Assembly (NCBI GenBank): GCA_003614675.1
Contig: ML002333.1
Location: 1-40,995 of the forward strand
Origin: Dimargaris cristalligena
Lineage: Eukaryota
Length of the DNA stretch: 40,995 nucleotides
Direction: 5' to 3'
Shown here: piece after piece, positions 10,010 to 20,032 of the stretch
Numbering within the stretch: position 1 is the stretch's first letter
How the letters are laid out: every line of letters begins with the position of its first letter
Translations under genes and position numbers: made by a program
Notes under the pieces: model-generated
Told to the model about the DNA's origin: nothing
What the model saw: the letters and a program-made list of their open reading frames with translations, nothing else
The model's database searches: none

Positions 10010-13000
10010 GGTGAACGACAGTGGAGTAGTTGGGGTGAGAATAAGCTAAAAATTAGCGGGATCGGTAGTGGAAAGTGCAAGTAGTGTAGTAGGGTAAACA
10101 GAAGTGCGTAGAATGGAAAAATAGGGATGCGAATGGGTATGGGTATGAGTGTGAGATTGGGATTGGGATTGGTGTTGATACTGATAAAGTGAAGGTGACC
10201 ACTGTCGATATTTACACTATTAGAGAGTTCGAGGGAAAGTCAGCAAGCAATTGGTGTCCACAGGCTTCTCCCCCCCTCTCTCTCTATTTCTTCTCTCAAA
10301 CTTGTTCGACATTTTGCATAGGGCTCAATGGTATGCACTATGTCACCTGTCTTTTTAACGAGTGCTTGAGCCTTTCGCATGGCTATAATGGTTGGAAAAG
10401 TTGCGGGACGACATTGATCTACCGAGCCGACAATCAAGCAGTCTTGGTCTTTAGTACAATATCACCAACCCACGTTATGCATCTCAGCCACGGTTATAAA
10501 GATCTCATCCAGATTTACTCCTTAGCCCGACCTGTGATCACCAATACTTCCGTGTAGCTGTACCATTTCTACCAAGTCTCTTTTAATTAATATACTCATA
10601 TTTATACGATACTCGGGAGCGGTGGTCGATATTAAAGGTAGCGCTACTACCATGGGAATAGGAGGGTGGGTGAACAGGGAGGACGGCATGAATTAGAGAG
10701 GCATATCTGGGTACATATTCCATGGACCAGCCATGCTGGCTAGTCGTACCATTTGGTTATCCGCCACTCTGACTCTAATATCATATATGCCTTTATTCTG
10801 GGGGTGATGTACAGCCCGCCCACCCACCCTTGAATATACTTTTTTTTTTAAAAAAAAGCACAGTAAATTAACGATACCCCAGGTCTGATAATCGACTGTT
10901 TAATGAGCCGATACCGAAGAAACCACCAACCCAGCATGCCCGTCGAGTAGGCTATGATATGATTCGGCTCGAGGGCAATCTTCTCACCAAGAGCCGACCA
11001 GAACTAATTAGAATTCTGGTGATCCGAATGCCAATTACATCGGCAGCCGCTAGCCACAAGTTGGAAAAACCGGCACCTCTAATGAAGAAGCCCGCCGACA
11101 CGTAGGCTTGAATTATGGGGATATTGGCCTGCGGGAAGCAAGCCGGCTAGACAATGTGCGCTAGCTTAACGAGTCACCAGAATGGTCTATAGGTGGTCCT
11201 GGGTTAGAATGGCCCTTTTCTAAAATATACAGTAGTATACACAGGGATTGCAGCACTCAATTGGGGGTATTTTTTTATTGGCTGAAGGAATAAACAGTCC
11301 GAATTTTCATTCCGGGCAGGTTCCACGACCAACTTTCTTCTGGCTCACCCATTTTCGTTAATTCGGTTGATGGACAAGCAACAGGGCGAATATTCAAGAA
11401 AAGGGAGAGCCGGGTTGATTTAAGGGATGTAGCGCCATATTCAACGCTAAACATGTATTCGGCTGGCTGCTTGGCAATGAGCAGTTAATCATGTGGGCTC
11501 TTTGATTTTAAAGTAGATTGAATCATTCAATGGGGGGGTTGGGTTGACGGCGAACTACAGGGTTTAATTGAAGAGGGGCCGCTGGCAGATGGGAGGGACC
11601 ATAGCAGCCAAACCACCATCTCCATAGTTTGTTAGTTGGGGTGGGTCTATATTACACGCTATGGTAAACCCAAGATTAATTTATCGGATGGTCGCCTTCG
11701 AATATCAAGACCCACAATCAAAGCCGGTTTCTTTATAGCCATGATAATCATGGCAGATAACATGTAGACTTGCCGGCCCAAACTGGCTTGTTGTACGGGG
11801 GTTTATTCTTTTATCCTCGACGGCTGCTTCTCTGGTGGTTAAACATTGCCAGACTGCTGGCCAGTTCCGCTACTAGCAGTCCTACCCCCCCATACCATAC
11901 TTTCCCCTATCCTTGTATTCCACTTTTCCTATTATTTTATAAATTCATAAGTTCTATTCAACAATTCTCTACATTGCTTTTACCAGCCTATTCTACTACA
12001 TTCCCTTCATTTAATGAGCCAATCGAGGCACCCTCCCTCCCAATTGATCAAACCGATACCCCTTCACCCTTGGCCGCCATATGGCGACTTATATGAAGAA
12101 TTCCAGGGAACACTGAGGTGATTGCATCGGTGGAGCTCTATGGTTTTGGTATATTAGTGAAGAAACTAGCCAAGTTGTCCACTGCTAAGTAGGGAATAAC
12201 ACCAAGTCCTCCCTACCAAGCCAGTTAAACGACACACCCGCTATGTCCAGAAAACCACCAAAAAAACAATTGCATACTTCTACAGTGATTAAAAGCTTTA
12301 ATACTGGGACGGATTTGATACCAGTGGCCTTCCTACCAATATAGTACCAGGAGGTGTTTTAGCTTGTTGTGACTTGATAGGGAACACTAGAAGAGGTATA
12401 TCGATGACAAGGCAGCTAACCCCTCTTAATCAGCCAAGAATCCTCATAGGTAGGCTTCTATCGGGAATAGCTTAGCAAGTACTCTCAACTAACAGGTTTT
12501 ATTATCTGACAAGGGTATTTGCATGCTTAGATGGAAACTATGGATTATCTGTGATTGATAAATATACACATGGGCTCATTGCAGAATCTCGCAAATTTTA
12601 CCTTATCTAATGTATTGTTCGTTATACTGTCTGGCTGAACTTTTTCCTTATGGAATACAAGGTCCCTTTTTACTATACACATATTGTCGGAATATACCAA
12701 TAAGAGTTAAGGTCCTCTAGGTATGGTGATAAATGTATAGTAATAAAGAGGCCAGTGGTCGTAAAAGAATGATCGAATATTAATGTAGGGTGCATATTAT
12801 CTGAATGAGGAGTTAATGTGGCGGCGCATTGGGTGCGGCACTTGGATAAAAGCAGGTCAAATCCTGTGGGGGAATCTCCGGTATGATGCCAAGGCACAAT
12901 ATGGAGCTATCGAACTGAATGCCTTCAGATTAATGATACATCGGCCGTAATGCCACCACCGTTCATTATAGATCGGCTCTGAACTAACATTCATACCCGT

Positions 13001-13193
13001 TGGAGATTACAATATATACTCAAATCTAGAAAGCTACCAAGACCCAACCTAAGGGTTTACGATGTATTATTTTTATTAGACCAATGGAAAATAAGGTGAC
13101 TCCGGGCGACTATAAATTGTAGAGGGCGTGAGCTTATAGTCACCATATTCACCCCAATAATTTAAGCGTTCTATATAAATGAGGCAAAGTTGG

Positions 13194-14597
13194 CTACTGC
13201 CCAAGCCATACCGACACAAGTAGAGTAACTATGCAGCTCAGTAGAGCCGATTCACATGTATACCGAATGACCTCGTTGCGGGTATAAGTGGGTTGGTTAG
13301 AACTTGGTACTGCAGGCAACGGCTGCTTCGTGTCTTCAGGTGAGGCCATCTCTAACGACAAGGTCTCGCCGCTGTTATCCACGGGGAGACTCGCAGCCGT
13401 CTCGATAGTAGTAGCTAATACGGGCGGGGCCACTGATGCCATGCGGGTCACCAATTGGGTATTATCGTCGATATGCCTATTGAGAGTGGCTTCCAGTCTT
13501 TGGAGGCGGCTATCCGTGTCCGACCACCATTGGGGTGTATGGGTCTGCCATTCCGTGCGCAAGTCGCTACTCGACGTTTGGACCGCCTGGTCCACGTGGT
13601 CCAAGATTTTCTTGCGTTTCCGCGGCTCAATTAGGATATGGACAAAAACAAATATAAACATATTGAGGGCCAGCACCGCCCAGGTTCCGTAGGTGGCGGC
13701 GGCGCGGATCTTGTCACTCCAGAGCTGCTCATCATGGTAGCGGATACGGATTGCATCGACCAATTCGGCGTACTTCTGGTCGACCGCCTTCTCCTGGGAC
13801 TCATAGGTCCGTTTGGCCCGTATTTCGGCCTGTTCGTTGGCGTGTTCGCTGCGGTACAGTTCGGTAAAACGGTTCACGTCGGTATCGGCCCACAAGTGCT
13901 TGCGCTGTAGCAAACTATTAATTTCCCGCTGGCCCGTGGCTCGCTCCTGGATGGCCGTTTCGTGGTCCTGCTTAGCGACCTCTAAGGCCTGCCGGGCGGC
14001 CACAAACTCGGTTTCCTTGGAAAACACCGAGCGCTTAAGTAGCTCAATGTGCTGGTATCCAGTGATTTGGTTCAGACTCTTGGCGGCCAGACTGATCCAG
14101 AGTTTGGGGTTCTGCTTGAGTTGCTCAATATCAATATTCTTCGACCATTCCGATTTGAGGCGATTGAGAAGAACCTCGACCTTGGGGCTGGAGAAATCTA
14201 GCTTCGGTCGGGAAGGTTCGTCGGTGGCTTGACCGTGGCCGGGCGATGTCGTTGGGGAACTCCGGGTTAGTGCTGCACCAGGCAAACGTTGGAAAAGCGC
14301 AATGAGTTTATTAGACCAGGTCGGCGCTGAGGGGCTGCTTGCGGGGTCTTTCTCTACAGTAGGACCGGGTTTCGGGGGGGAGGGGGATGAAGAAGGACTG
14401 GGGGGCTGGGTGGAAGGACCAGAAGTGCGATCCGCCGTACTCCACCAAGCGGCAGTTCGGAACTGCCTCGACTGCTCGGTCCGGAGTGCAAAGGCTGGTC
14501 GTACAAAGTGTGGGCTAACGACGGCACCAGCCGATGGCCGAACCAGGCGTTGCCGGAAAATGGACCTCGAGAGATGAACAGAGGGTTGCGCTAACAT
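13194..14597 (-). CDS. SHE9: She9/Mdm33 mitochondrial inner-membrane coiled-coil protein, ~467 aa, single exon
   Basis: Family motifs LNQITGYQHIELLK, QREINSLLQRKHLW, RFTELYRSEHANE, RYHDEQLWSDKIRAAATYGTW plus TM and EPRKRK, and a C-terminal TM. A presequence-like N-terminus starts at ATG 14597; an upstream in-frame ATG exists at 14813. Confidence 0.93.
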   Translation of the reverse strand: MLAQPSVHLSRSIFRQRLVRPSAGAVVSPHFVRPAFALRTEQSRQFRTAAWWSTADRTSGPSTQPPSPSSSPSPPKPGPTVEKDPASSPSAPTWSNKLIALFQRLPGAALTRSSPTTSPGHGQATDEPSRPKLDFSSPKVEVLLNRLKSEWSKNIDIEQLKQNPKLWISLAAKSLNQITGYQHIELLKRSVFSKETEFVAARQALEVAKQDHETAIQERATGQREINSLLQRKHLWADTDVNRFTELYRSEHANEQAEIRAKRTYESQEKAVDQKYAELVDAIRIRYHDEQLWSDKIRAAATYGTWAVLALNMFIFVFVHILIEPRKRKKILDHVDQAVQTSSSDLRTEWQTHTPQWWSDTDSRLQRLEATLNRHIDDNTQLVTRMASVAPPVLATTIETAASLPVDNSGETLSLEMASPEDTKQPLPAVPSSNQPTYTRNEVIRYTCESALLSCIVTLLVSVWLGQ

Positions 14598-15432
14598 GAG
14601 GAAATGGGTATAGAAAATATAAATAGGACAATCTGACCCCGGGCCAAACGCTGGAATCCGGTCTCGAAGACTCGAAATGGAGGGCTCTATAGGTAGTGGC
14701 CAAGACCGGAAGGGGTGCCTCGGAATGGCCGTACCTTTAGGGCTTACGTGGACAGTCGTCACGACCAAGCAGGACTCGGGTTGTACAGGCCGGTTGATTG
14801 GGGAAGAAGGCATTCAAAAAACATCCCAAACGAAGGATTGAAGGAGTGGTAGGGGAATACTAACCGATTCAGTGGCCTGAGTTGCTTCTGAATTAGACCC
14901 AATTCACCTCTCCCTTGTGGTGTGGTCTTTGCAGTTGAGTCGAAGAGTGGGCGTAAACTGGTTGGCCCTGATAGATTGCGATAGATACTCCGGGGTATCC
15001 AATTGCATCCGTGATCTGGTGTCAATTGAGGGCTTTACTTGTGCAGTCGTTCCTAGGCTGGATTCGACAATACCAGTTAGTTACACTAGAGAGAGTATGC
15101 AAAGCCCATCCAAACTTCTAAAGGCCCGAAAAATGCGGATAATAAATACCAGAGCGAGTAGGGTCCTACTATCCCAGCCTTATCACCATTTAATGGCCAA
15201 TTTTACCAAGGGGCTCTTCATCAGCGCTTCCACAGTATATATCCACCGAGTATTGAGCTACCCTTCTACCCGTGTCTTTAAAACCAGCATAGCCTATTTA
15301 TTCGCCCACTTTGGGGACAGCCGCCATGGTGTAAGGGTGCTACCATATAAAAATGAAGTTCGAGTATGGTATGATATTCGCAGATGCGCTACTTTCAAAG
15401 TGCGCATATTCTTTTATTGTCACTGATGATGT

Positions 15433-16503
15433 CTATCCGGTGCGGGACTTGGATGAAGTGGGGCAGGACTGGCGAGTCCACCCCTGGCCGATGGCAAACA
15501 GTAGACGGTGAATAAGACCCACGCATACGAAAATGCCGCCCACGGCCGCACAGATGCGGGTCAACAGTCGCGACAGGCTCTGCTGGGTTTCGGTCACGCG
15601 CACCGAGATGGGCTCCATATCGTACTTAAAGAACAGGCCCGGAGTCCCTAGGGGCTGTCCCCCGCGGGCCTGGGGATCCTCGGCCCAGGACTTGGAGTAA
15701 TCCTTCACGGCGTATTGATTGGTGACCAGCGCGCGGCCCTGGGCATCCACGTAGGTAGTCGGCACCACCGAGATTAGGTAGTGAAAAGCCACCAGATGAG
15801 CGGGAGGGGCTAGTTGGAAATGGTTGGCCAAGGGGTCCACCAGACCGGGGTAGTGCACCCCAAACGAGAAGTGGTCGATGCGGTGGGTGAAGTTGACTCC
15901 GCGCGGCAGCATAAACAAGTCCGCCAGACCCTGGGGCATGAGCGTGAAATGGAAACTGCCCACCATTTTGTTGACCACGACCGAACCGAGGACCCGGCAG
16001 CCGTCGGTCCCGGACCCGATTTGGGCCGGGGCACCGGCGCTTCCGATATGACTCCGGAATTGGCGCGCCTTGCGAATGAGCTCGCCAATGTCGGCCTCTT
16101 CGCCGCCCTCGTCCTCGTCCAGGCCATGCAGAGTGCGTTCCGCCTTGAGGTCCGTGGCCCGGCCGACACTAAAGGGAACCGGTAGTTTTTTAATTTGACG
16201 TTCCCCGAAATGGTTGCGGCTTCCCGAAACGTCCATGGAGTCAACGGTAAGCCGCTGGCAGGTCATGGCCACGGTGATGTCGAAGTTAATCAGCAGGGCA
16301 TGTTGAACGGTATGGTCAACCACGAACTCATGGTGACTGATGGGTACCCAGTAGCTGTGGAATTCGCCCCAGACTAAGTAGGTAAGCAGCAGCGATACCA
16401 GCACCGTGGCTAAACCACCGCCGGCCGACCTACTCTGCTGGCTGGCCTCGACCTTGGGGAAGGCGTCGAGGAGGTGGAAGCGGTTCGCTAGGCGGGTGAG
16501 CAT
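15433..16503 (-). CDS. ERV41: ER-Golgi retrieval receptor Erv41/ERGIC2 (ERGIC family), 356 aa, single exon
   Basis: LDAFPKV..S..GG plus TM1, INFDITVAMTC..L.VD.MD.SG, GCRVLGSVVVNKMVGSFHF, NFTHRIDHFSFG..YP...PL, VVPTTY, TNQYAV, PGLFFKYDMEPI, TM2 RICAAVGG. Lacks the Cys-rich block of Erv46. First ATG at 16503. Confidence 0.88.
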   Translation of the reverse strand: MLTRLANRFHLLDAFPKVEASQQSRSAGGGLATVLVSLLLTYLVWGEFHSYWVPISHHEFVVDHTVQHALLINFDITVAMTCQRLTVDSMDVSGSRNHFGERQIKKLPVPFSVGRATDLKAERTLHGLDEDEGGEEADIGELIRKARQFRSHIGSAGAPAQIGSGTDGCRVLGSVVVNKMVGSFHFTLMPQGLADLFMLPRGVNFTHRIDHFSFGVHYPGLVDPLANHFQLAPPAHLVAFHYLISVVPTTYVDAQGRALVTNQYAVKDYSKSWAEDPQARGGQPLGTPGLFFKYDMEPISVRVTETQQSLSRLLTRICAAVGGIFVCVGLIHRLLFAIGQGWTRQSCPTSSKSRTG

Positions 16504-16983
16504 AGATAGGATAAAGGGAGGTTTGGGTTTAGGGAGGGGGCCAGAGTGGGAAATGGGAGGGAAGCTGGAAGGAGCACTACTGCTTAAAGGGGGGGATATA
16601 TTACAGAGGTTGAAGAGGGACAAGTGGCAAAAGTGGTGAGGCGGGGGTCTGGGAGTGGAATAGGGCAGCTATATCAATACATTCGAAAGCACAGGCTGGG
16701 CACTCGAATGAGCCTCTATTCCACAGCCATGCCGTTCCCCCTTTGTTTAATTTATCATTGATGGTTCGTTGGTCCGTGGAACAGTCCAATGGGCGAAGGG
16801 CTGCCGTGAATAGGCGCCCCGTTACAAAGGGACGGGGAATGTTTTTTAAAAAAAACACACCGCTACACCTCATTGACCAAACAACAGTGCGACTGCTTCA
16901 AAGGGTTACTATGTGAACCACAGTTGCATGTCTCCAAACCCCACTCCTTCCAACTTATATCCAACTTTTTTTTTCAATCCACC
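16504..16983. promoter_or_regulatory. Divergent promoter region between ERV41 and YAE1 (480 bp)
   Basis: Head-to-head ATGs at 16503(-) and 16984(+). T6A8 tract at ~16842-16855. Pyrimidine-rich leaders on each strand. Confidence 0.6.
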
Positions 16984-17853
16984 ATGTCTGACAGCGATGA
17001 TCTTTGGGGCTCCGCCTCCGACTCCGACAATGTTGACTACGACCGTGCCATGGCCGACCGGGAATGGAGACGCCTGCAGGACATTCATGGCAATGTAAGT
17101 CGCTATCTATGGGCCGGTCTCACGCATGAATTCGAACCATTTAGTCCATAGGCGGCTCCGCAGTGGCAACTACTAACTGTTCGTACCATCTAACCCCACG
17201 TTCGTGGATTATCATCTTCCTCCTTTTTACACATATATGGGGGTGGGGACTCAACTCATATATAGGCCGGCTATAAGGACGGGATCTCATCAAGTCGGGA
17301 AGAAAATATTCAGCCTGGCTTCGACCTAGGCTTCGCCGAGGGCCTGCGGGCCGGGCTAGCCCTGGGACTATTAGAGGGCCGACTAAGCGCCCATCGGGAC
17401 CGATTGGTAAAGCAGACTCCCTCCAAGCCGGATGTGGGGCAAACGGACACTGCTGCGACCATAGACCAATCCGAACCCCTCGAATTCCTGCGGCAGTCTC
17501 TAGCAGCTCTCACCTTCGACGGTTTATTTCCTAATCAACATTTCCTGGCCCCCAGTACGACCACCTCTGACTCTTTGGCGAACCAAAGCCAACAGTCTAG
17601 CCCGCCTGTTGTAGCCCAGCTTTGGCTAAGCTCCACCTCAGACTCCGAATTGAATGCCTCGGTCGGAATAGGAGGTGAAACTGACGCCTCCTCCCGTAGT
17701 TCTACCCATCCCCGGACTAATGATTCTCCGGCGGTTCCGGTATGGAGCAACCTAACCTTTATCGATGCAGACCAGCGATCCCGGTTGACTCCTTTCCGGA
17801 ATGCTATCTGCAAACTAAATGGCCAGGAAAACGGCCCATCCCCTGCCGAATAA
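16984..17853 (+). CDS. YAE1: Yae1-family Fe-S adaptor, 232 aa; exons 16984-17094 and 17266-17853
   Basis: Spliced product reads DDLWG...ADREWRRLQDIHGN|AGYKDGISSSREENIQPGFDLGFAEGLRAGLALGLLEG (GX3 repeat motif). GTAAGT donor at 17095, TACTAAC at 17171, TAG acceptor at 17265; frame is preserved. Confidence 0.88.
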
Positions 17854-19234
17854 ATCTAGAGGTTGGGTATGGATATTTCATCTGACCATTTGTACTTCCA
17901 ATCACCCCATCCCATCTCATCCCGCCCTATACCTTACCTTATTCGTTGCTCATGTATATATACAGCAATTAGAGTTACATTACCATCTTTCGAACCCCGC
18001 TCCTCCGAGAATAGCAGCACCCCTCAATGGATTTTGGGTCTATTCCAGTATACTTTATCGGGTGGCCCGGTAGTTTAGTGACTCTCCACCTCATTTGTCT
18101 AGTAAAGGAACCTACGTAGACAATCCAATGTTATTTTTGGAAGGGGGGAATAGTACTATATCGTTAAATTGCCAAAAGGAGGTTGTTTGATTAAAGCAAA
18201 TTTATACTGATTTAGTGAGTCGCGGGGATCACCTAGGCCCTATGGTCTCCGGCTGAATATTTTATAACTACGCCCCTAATGACAACTATTCAGTTATCAA
18301 AAAGGGAGATCTGTAGGGTACTAGGCTGGTGCTGTGAGATACGAGCATCGTCAAGAAAATGTGTGACCTTGGAGTTACCCGTTGAATCTCCATTAGTGTG
18401 GCGGGCTTCGGCGATATGGATTGGCCATAGTCGCCAAGAATATTCGGAAATCTTGTATATCTAGTGACATGACCAAGTAACCCATATTTGCCGGAATAAC
18501 ATTTCCTCGCAATCCAGGATCTTTTTAGCAAATGGTGTAAGTGTTCCAATTAAGTTGCTCTAACCGGCTCGTTAAATAAACTACGTTTTTAATAAAAAAG
18601 GTCATAATCGAACAAAAGGCATGCCATAACGCAGCCTTAATAAGAAGGCTACCAACGCTATCCAGGTAATTCAATTGGCCTAGCAAAAAAAGCCACCGTC
18701 ACAACACCAACCTACTAAATACTTGCGCTAAATTGGGAGACCCTCCGTGATTGACCTATGGGGCCGTATATTTCGAAACAGAGTGGCCGCCTACAGTGGC
18801 GGCCCTATGGCAAATCTATTGATGTGCTGCGATCGCCACTACAATATCACGGGTACCGGGATTATATATTTCCAATGGGTGTACCAGTGTAATGCATCTA
18901 GGTTAGCAAACGATTAACATGGAAACCCCTTAATGAAGGTATTTGGTTTGCACTATTCAGTCAGATGGTAAAACTTATTCTATAGCCCCATCAACATAGT
19001 TTCTTGTTAATCCGGTATTGATTAGACGAAGAGCTACAGGTAGGCGATTGCTGAGATTTCCATGCTGGTTCCTACCCTTCCCATTCGTTAAAAACAGGAT
19101 TTCTATGCGGATAAGTGGATCTCACGGTTGCTCGCAGGACATGCCCTTAGTATTGCCAATATAACCGATATAGCCCAGGTGGTTCAATTTCAAAGTCTAA
19201 TTCGACGCTACAGATACCCAAGCCTATCTTCGTG

Positions 19235-19241
19235 TATATAA
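19235..19241 (+). promoter_or_regulatory. TATA box upstream of the 58-aa secreted ORF
   Basis: TATATAA followed by a CT-rich leader, about 180 nt before ATG 19418. Confidence 0.5.
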
Positions 19242-19417
19242 GCCTCTCTTCGCCCTCTTCCTGGTCAATTATCCAATCCAATTATCATTTTATATTTAGC
19301 TCCGGTGCAACTTATATATAACACATCTTCACCTCTACATCACTATATCTCCAATTCTACCTGGCTTTCGACCTTTTCTATCGTGGCTACTCCTCCACTA
19401 CCCCAACACCATTCGCC

Positions 19418-19594
19418 ATGAACGTTTTGTCCGTCGGTATTGTCGCTATATGGGTGCTGACCATCTCGGTCTCCGCCAAGGAAGCCGGGACCTCGCCTCC
19501 CGCAGGACAATGGAGCAGCGATGGGCACCGGTCCCTGAGCTCTCATTTCCTAGGCCTCAATTTAGGTCACCACAAGGCCACCAACGATTCTTAG
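19418..19594 (+). CDS. Putative small secreted peptide, 58 aa (not in the ORF track)
   Basis: GCCATG start. MNVLSVGIVAIWVLTISVSA/KEAGTSPPAGQWSSDGHRSLSSHFLGLNLGHHKATNDS*. Hydrophobic core with a V-S-A cleavage site, GC-richer than flanks, upstream TATA, AATAAA at 19808-19813. Confidence 0.65.
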   Translation: MNVLSVGIVAIWVLTISVSAKEAGTSPPAGQWSSDGHRSLSSHFLGLNLGHHKATNDS

Positions 19595-20032
19595 GCTACG
19601 CAAAATAACCAGCCCGTATGAAAGCTTCGCTATGCCGTCAAATAGCCAAGGATGGGTTCTAATTTAACCGACTTGAGTAAAGAATGGCAGTTGATCTGTT
19701 TCAAGAGCAAACTGTGCCATTCCCATTATGATTATGTACCCCCCCCTTCAACCTCCCATTGGAGTGTTTTTACCCGATTTTTCCAGGCCCCGCTATATAA
19801 CCTATTCAATAAATGATTTATAATTTCTGAGATACTTATCAATGTACGGGCCATTGCCACCAAAATATTAAATATGCGGGTTTCAAACCACGCCTCATAC
19901 ACGCTTATATTGCCAAGTCATTCCAATACCCATTCATGTTACAGTAACCTAATTGAGTCAGTATCTCATTCAGCCCGATTTTTCTTCAATATTCTTAATA
20001 GCTGGATCACATGGTATTGCTGCAAACGTCTA

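Noticed and set aside
10189..12096. ORFs 10189-10557 and 11770-12096
   Set aside because: Non-ATG starts and intergenic-like composition.
8210..12435. Exact 14-mer CCTCTTAATCAGCC at 8210 and 12422
   Set aside because: A few 14-nt matches are expected by chance in 41 kb, and the flanks do not align.
14917..15426. 169-aa plus-strand ORF between SHE9 and ERV41
   Set aside because: GTG start, no motifs, and it overlaps the expected ERV41 3' UTR and SHE9 promoter.
17129..17139. B-box-like GGTTCGAATTC on the minus strand in the YAE1 intron
   Set aside because: No cloverleaf, A-box or T-stem around it; not a tRNA.
18785..18804. GGCCGCC-tacagt-GGCGGCC hairpin
   Set aside because: 7-bp stem only, no second copy or context; bacterial-type terminators are irrelevant here.
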